Positions 60,332-64,000 of a stretch of DNA of 64,000 nt are shown in pieces (position 1 is the first letter of the stretch; every line of letters starts with the position of its first letter). The notes beneath the pieces are model-generated. The model saw nothing but the letters and a program-made list of their open reading frames with translations. It did no database searches and was not told the DNA's origin. The translations under genes and the position numbers were made by a program. The DNA comes from Acidobacteriota bacterium (lineage in GTDB: Bacteria > Acidobacteriota > Vicinamibacteria > Vicinamibacterales > UBA2999), in assembly GCA_016192845.1 (NCBI GenBank), contig JACPTI010000091.1:11444-75443 (forward strand). The letters run 5' to 3'.

Positions 60332-62776
60332 ATGCGATCTAACTTTCAAGGATGGGTCGGTAAATCGCTGAAGAGGAGGGAGGACCTGAGGCTGCTGACC
60401 GGTGACACGGCTTTTGTTGATGATATTGAACTGAAAGACACATTGCACGTCGCTGTCCTCAGAAGCACTTACGCTCATGCGAGGATTACGAGACTGGAGG
60501 CAACTGAAGCTTTATTGCGTCCAGGGGTTGTGGCCATCGTCCACGGCGAAGACGCCAAGAGTATGAGCAAACCGCTACCCGCTTACGCTGTGGCTCATCT
60601 GAAGCCGGAGGAATATTGCTTGGCCGTCGGGAAGGTTCGATACGTGGGTGAGCCGGTGGTTGCGGTTGCGGCTAAGGACAGAGGGTTGGCCGAGGATGCC
60701 CTGGAGTTCATAGACGTTGCGTACGAACCTTTGGAACCGATCCTGGATCCGGAGAAGGCTATGCAGCCAGCGGGTCCCTTGGTGTACGACTCTTTCGGAA
60801 CGAATGTTGTAGCCCAGTATAAGGCTACGTGGGGCGACGTGGATCAGGCCTTCACGGAAGCCGATCTAATCGTTACAGAGAGGCTCAAGCTGCACAGTTA
60901 CAGTTCAACACCGCTGGAAACCGTTGCTTGCATTGCGAGCTACAACATGGTCTCGCGAGATCTAACGATTTACAGCAACACCCAGATGGTTGGACACGTG
61001 ATTCCAGTCCTTTCGGATTCGCTAGGAATACCGACGGAGAGGATTCGATTCATTGTACAGGATATAGGTGGTGGCTTCGGTCTGAAAACCCGCCCTTGGA
61101 AGCCGCTGTTGATCGCATGCCTGCTATCGGTCAAGACGGGACGTCCAGTGAAGTACGTTGAGGATAGAAGGGAGCATCTTCTGGCAGCGGGTCGTACTGC
61201 TGCAGCGATTTTCGATTGTGAGGTCGCGGTCAAAAACGACGGCAGCATTTCGGGTTTCAGGTTGCGGGACATTAACGACGACGGTGCCTCTCTGACCTAT
61301 GCCGGTACCTACGGATCCATGCACGCGACTCTTATCAACGGATGTTACCGCGTTAGAAATGTGGCGTGGGAGAGCTACTCGGTTCTTACGAATAAATGTC
61401 CTTCTATGCCGAACCGGGGAGTGGGCAAGCCCGGCATATGTTACGTCGTTGAAAGGATGATCGATATCGTCGGCAGGCGGTTAGGTATTGATCCAATTGA
61501 GGTCCGTCGCCGAAACTACATTGAACCTAACGAATTTCCGTATGCAACCCCGAGCGGGCGCGTATACGACAGCGGCAATTACGAGGCGACGTTGAGGCGA
61601 GCCCTTCAGATTCTAGACTATGAAACAGTCAGGAAGGAGCAATCTAGACTGCGGGGAGAGGGAAGGTACATCGGCGTCGGCCTGTCAACCTATGTTCACG
61701 GCGCGTCGGCTACGGCTCAGGAGATAGAGGGAACGACCATCAAGATGGATTCGAGAGGTCGTGTTACCGTCCTCGCCGGCTCACCTGATATGGGCACCGG
61801 CCACAAAACAGCCCTGTCCCAAATTATCGCCGACGAGCTGGGGATTACGCCTGAGGATATCAACGTCCTCGAATTCGATTCGCAGGTCTCCCCTTGGACT
61901 CCGTATTCCGGCACTCACGCCAACAAGTTTTCTGGCCCTGATGTGGAGTCGGCAGTTGCCGCCGCTGGAGTCATTCGTGACAAATTGCTGAAGTTGGCTG
62001 CTCATATGCTCGACTCTGAGCTAGGTGACTTAGTGCTCAGGGACGGTCGGGTATACGTTAAGAGTAGACGAGAGCGATTCACGACGGTGGGTGAAGTCGC
62101 GAAGATGGCTTACCAAAATCCAGGATTCCTACCTCCAGATACGACGCCGGGGCTTGCGGCGACATGTATCCTTAACAGTCCTAGAGCACTGGAGTCTTTC
62201 GTTGCCGACGAAAAGTACACGGTCGGCGCGATTCATCAACTCGTTGCCGGAAGAGGTGGTTCACCTACGAGCTTCATGACGTATCCTAACTCAGCCCATA
62301 TCGCTGTGGTAGAAGTAGACATCGAGACAGGGCAGGTCGAGATATTGCGGTACATCGTGGTACACGACAGCGGGAAAGTGATCAATCCAATGCTAGCTGA
62401 AGCTCAGGTACATGGAGGCGCCCTCCATGGCATAGGAGCCACACTTTTAGAGGAATTCGTGTACGACTCGAACGGTCAGCTGTTGACTTCGACATTTATG
62501 GATTATCTTAAGCCTACCTCTCTGGAGGCGCCGCACTTCGAGGTTGAGCATTTAGAGACACCTTCCCCGAGATCGGTACTCGGCATCAAGGGGATAGGGG
62601 AGGGAGAAGCATTGGGTCCACTGGCGGCGATCGGAAACGCCGTGGATGACGCCCTATCTCCCTTCAACGTGAAAATCACAGAGCTCCCAATAACTCCTGA
62701 AAGAGTACATAGGCTCATAAAACAAAGCAGCTTACTACCTATCCCATATTCCTTATTCCCCGCGCGACGCTGTTGA
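60332..62776 (+). CDS. Molybdopterin-binding large subunit of a xanthine-dehydrogenase-family hydroxylase, CoxL-like but not CO-dehydrogenase form I or II
   Basis: ..GKSLKRREDLRLLTGDTAFVDDI.., ..IGGGFGLK.., ..GIGEGEALGP... The active-site loop reads TNKCPSMPNRGVGKP. The last 12 codons or so overlap the convergent ppc relic. Confidence 0.9.
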   Translation: MRSNFQGWVGKSLKRREDLRLLTGDTAFVDDIELKDTLHVAVLRSTYAHARITRLEATEALLRPGVVAIVHGEDAKSMSKPLPAYAVAHLKPEEYCLAVGKVRYVGEPVVAVAAKDRGLAEDALEFIDVAYEPLEPILDPEKAMQPAGPLVYDSFGTNVVAQYKATWGDVDQAFTEADLIVTERLKLHSYSSTPLETVACIASYNMVSRDLTIYSNTQMVGHVIPVLSDSLGIPTERIRFIVQDIGGGFGLKTRPWKPLLIACLLSVKTGRPVKYVEDRREHLLAAGRTAAAIFDCEVAVKNDGSISGFRLRDINDDGASLTYAGTYGSMHATLINGCYRVRNVAWESYSVLTNKCPSMPNRGVGKPGICYVVERMIDIVGRRLGIDPIEVRRRNYIEPNEFPYATPSGRVYDSGNYEATLRRALQILDYETVRKEQSRLRGEGRYIGVGLSTYVHGASATAQEIEGTTIKMDSRGRVTVLAGSPDMGTGHKTALSQIIADELGITPEDINVLEFDSQVSPWTPYSGTHANKFSGPDVESAVAAAGVIRDKLLKLAAHMLDSELGDLVLRDGRVYVKSRRERFTTVGEVAKMAYQNPGFLPPDTTPGLAATCILNSPRALESFVADEKYTVGAIHQLVAGRGGSPTSFMTYPNSAHIAVVEVDIETGQVEILRYIVVHDSGKVINPMLAEAQVHGGALHGIGATLLEEFVYDSNGQLLTSTFMDYLKPTSLEAPHFEVEHLETPSPRSVLGIKGIGEGEALGPLAAIGNAVDDALSPFNVKITELPITPERVHRLIKQSSLLPIPYSLFPARRC

Positions 62777-63236
62777 TCGTCGGCAGCAGCGCCGCCTGAC
62801 CTGCGGGTCGGGCCGCTGCCGCAGACGCCGCCGCAGCTCGATCTGCGCCAGATTGATCGGATCGACGTACGCCGATCGCGCGCGGCAAGGGTGTGCGCGA
62901 GGCGGTTGTACTGGTGGACGAGCGTGCGACGCGCCGCTTCCGTCGGATGCGCTGTGAGCACCCGCTCGATCCGCAGCCGGCAGGCCGCCGCGTGCAGCCG
63001 CTCGGGCTGAATGCCCGCGGCCACCAGACGAGGGAAAACCTCTTCGCACGACCCACGCTGCGGCGGCGCCTGGGGATCCCGCCGATGGACCCGGCGTCGC
63101 CGGATCCGGTGGTGCTGCTCGGCGATATTGGCAGGCTGAGAAAATGGGCAAAGGCGCGCGCCACCGGCAGCGCCGCATCGACGGGCACGTGCAGCCGCAC
63201 GTCGTCGCGGAGCGGGTTGTTGGGATCGGCGTCCAT
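62739..63236 (-). pseudogene. Relic of phosphoenolpyruvate carboxylase (ppc): N-terminal and extreme C-terminal motifs only, with at least 2 frameshifts
   Basis: Three minus-strand frames carry PEPC pieces. These are MDADPNNPLRDDVRL..LPVARAFAHFLSL; then, after a 1-nt shift, ANIAEQHHRIRRRR..; then RIERVLTAHPTEAARRTL (PEPC signature); then ..YVDPINLAQIELRRRLRQ..; then ..ALLPTINSVARGIRNMG* (the C-terminal ..GIAAGxRNTG* motif). The total is about 165 codons, versus about 900 for an intact PEPC. Confidence 0.6.
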
Positions 63237-63294
63237 ATCCCGATCGTAGACACGTTGCAGGACGCAGGTATCATGAGGACTCAGCCGTAGGACC

Positions 63295-64000
63295 ATGTTC
63301 GATCCCGGCTCCCGTGTCGGCCCGTACGAAATCACCGCGACCGTTCGCCTCGGGACGGGTGAGGCCTACCGTGCGTACGACCACGAGCACCGGCGCGAGG
63401 TGCTGCTCCAGGTGTTCGGCGCCGAGTTCGACGCGCATCCGGGTCGGCTCAGCCGCTTCGAGCGCGACGTCTGGTCTACGACGACGCTCGCGCATCCGAA
63501 CATTCTCGACATCTACGACATCAGCACCGACGCGGCCGCTCCCTACATCGTCTCGGAGCCGCTCACGGGCGATACGCTTCGCGCGAGGCTCGATGCCCGC
63601 GCGATGCCGCTGGTCGACGCGGCGCGCTGCGCCGTGCAGATCGCGCGTGCGCTCCTCGCCGCCCGCCGCCGGCACGTCCGCCACGGTCATCTCAGCGCCG
63701 ACAACGTGGCGTTCGCCCCGGACGGGCGCGTAGTCGTGCTCGGGTTCGGCCTGGCGTCGCTGGCGCCGCCGGAGCGCGTCGTATCCGATCTCCGGGGATT
63801 TGCGGCGCTCGTACGAGCCCTGCTGCGCGCGCGCCCGCCCGCGGCGCGCGTCGGCCGACGGGTCGCATGGACGGCGGCCATGCTCGTGGGCCTTGCAGTG
63901 ATCGCCGCGATGCTGACCTCGACGCGCGATGTCGAGGTGCTGGAGCCGCCGCCGACGAGCCCGGCGGAGCGTGCCGGCAGCGCCGCAACGCCTTCGACAG
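63295..64000 (+). CDS. Membrane-anchored Ser/Thr-kinase-like protein with degenerate catalytic motifs (pseudokinase), 3' end outside window
   Basis: MFDPGSRVGPYEITATVRLGTGEAYRAYDHEHRREVLLQVF...HVRHGHLSADNV...VLGFGLAS, then the TM segment AWTAAMLVGLAVIAAML. The frame is open to nt 64000. It is not in the ORF track because no stop falls in the window. Confidence 0.6.
   Translation, partial: MFDPGSRVGPYEITATVRLGTGEAYRAYDHEHRREVLLQVFGAEFDAHPGRLSRFERDVWSTTTLAHPNILDIYDISTDAAAPYIVSEPLTGDTLRARLDARAMPLVDAARCAVQIARALLAARRRHVRHGHLSADNVAFAPDGRVVVLGFGLASLAPPERVVSDLRGFAALVRALLRARPPAARVGRRVAWTAAMLVGLAVIAAMLTSTRDVEVLEPPPTSPAERAGSAATPST

Noticed and set aside
58362-62776. Calling the island an aerobic CO dehydrogenase (coxMSL).
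   Set aside because: The large subunit lacks both the AYxCSFR and the AYxGAGR active-site signatures. The gene order is M-G-S-L, and there are no coxD/E/F-like maturation genes. It is annotated only as a xanthine-dehydrogenase-family hydroxylase.

Overview
About 64 kb of a very high-G+C bacterial chromosome. My spot counts of single 60-nt lines give about 70% G+C. The gene content suggests an Acidobacteriota- or Gemmatimonadota-like soil bacterium (Ser/Thr kinase fused to a TolB-type propeller, DUF5916, DUF349, M16 protease, long UbiD-family decarboxylase), but this is inference only.

Most of the window is housekeeping or metabolic: mreB, rsgA, cyclophilin, dinB, ettA, apaG, glnA and glnE, metH, ahcY, ggt, speA, thrC, pepF, an OmpR/HK pair, and an ABC exporter.

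Five things stand out.

1. Thirteen hairpin or array elements have arms built from tandem 7-, 8- or 9-nt units. The k-mer differs between loci. They often fill whole intergenic gaps, and two sit in-frame inside metH.
2. A 23-nt REP-like palindrome (GTGGCGTCCGGCTTCAGCCGGAC) occurs about 10 times. Three copies are in-frame inside a kinase gene and thrC.
3. Two paralogous ArsR + SAM-methyltransferase-domain (SahR-like) regulators each sit directly upstream of a methyl-cycle gene (metH, ahcY).
4. A roughly 4.5-kb low-G+C island (about 50-57% in spot counts) encodes a molybdenum hydroxylase operon in coxM-G-S-L order. On its left are a 256-bp element with perfect 28-bp terminal inverted repeats and a transposase N-terminal remnant. 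On its right is a relic of ppc.
5. There are unusually many decayed genes: REC-HD-GYP (frameshift plus a 160-nt structured insertion), glnE (frameshift), and AIM24, glnN and ppc (internal deletions).

I found no rRNA, tRNA or CRISPR, and no recognisable defence system. All family assignments rest on motifs I read in the translations; no searches were run.
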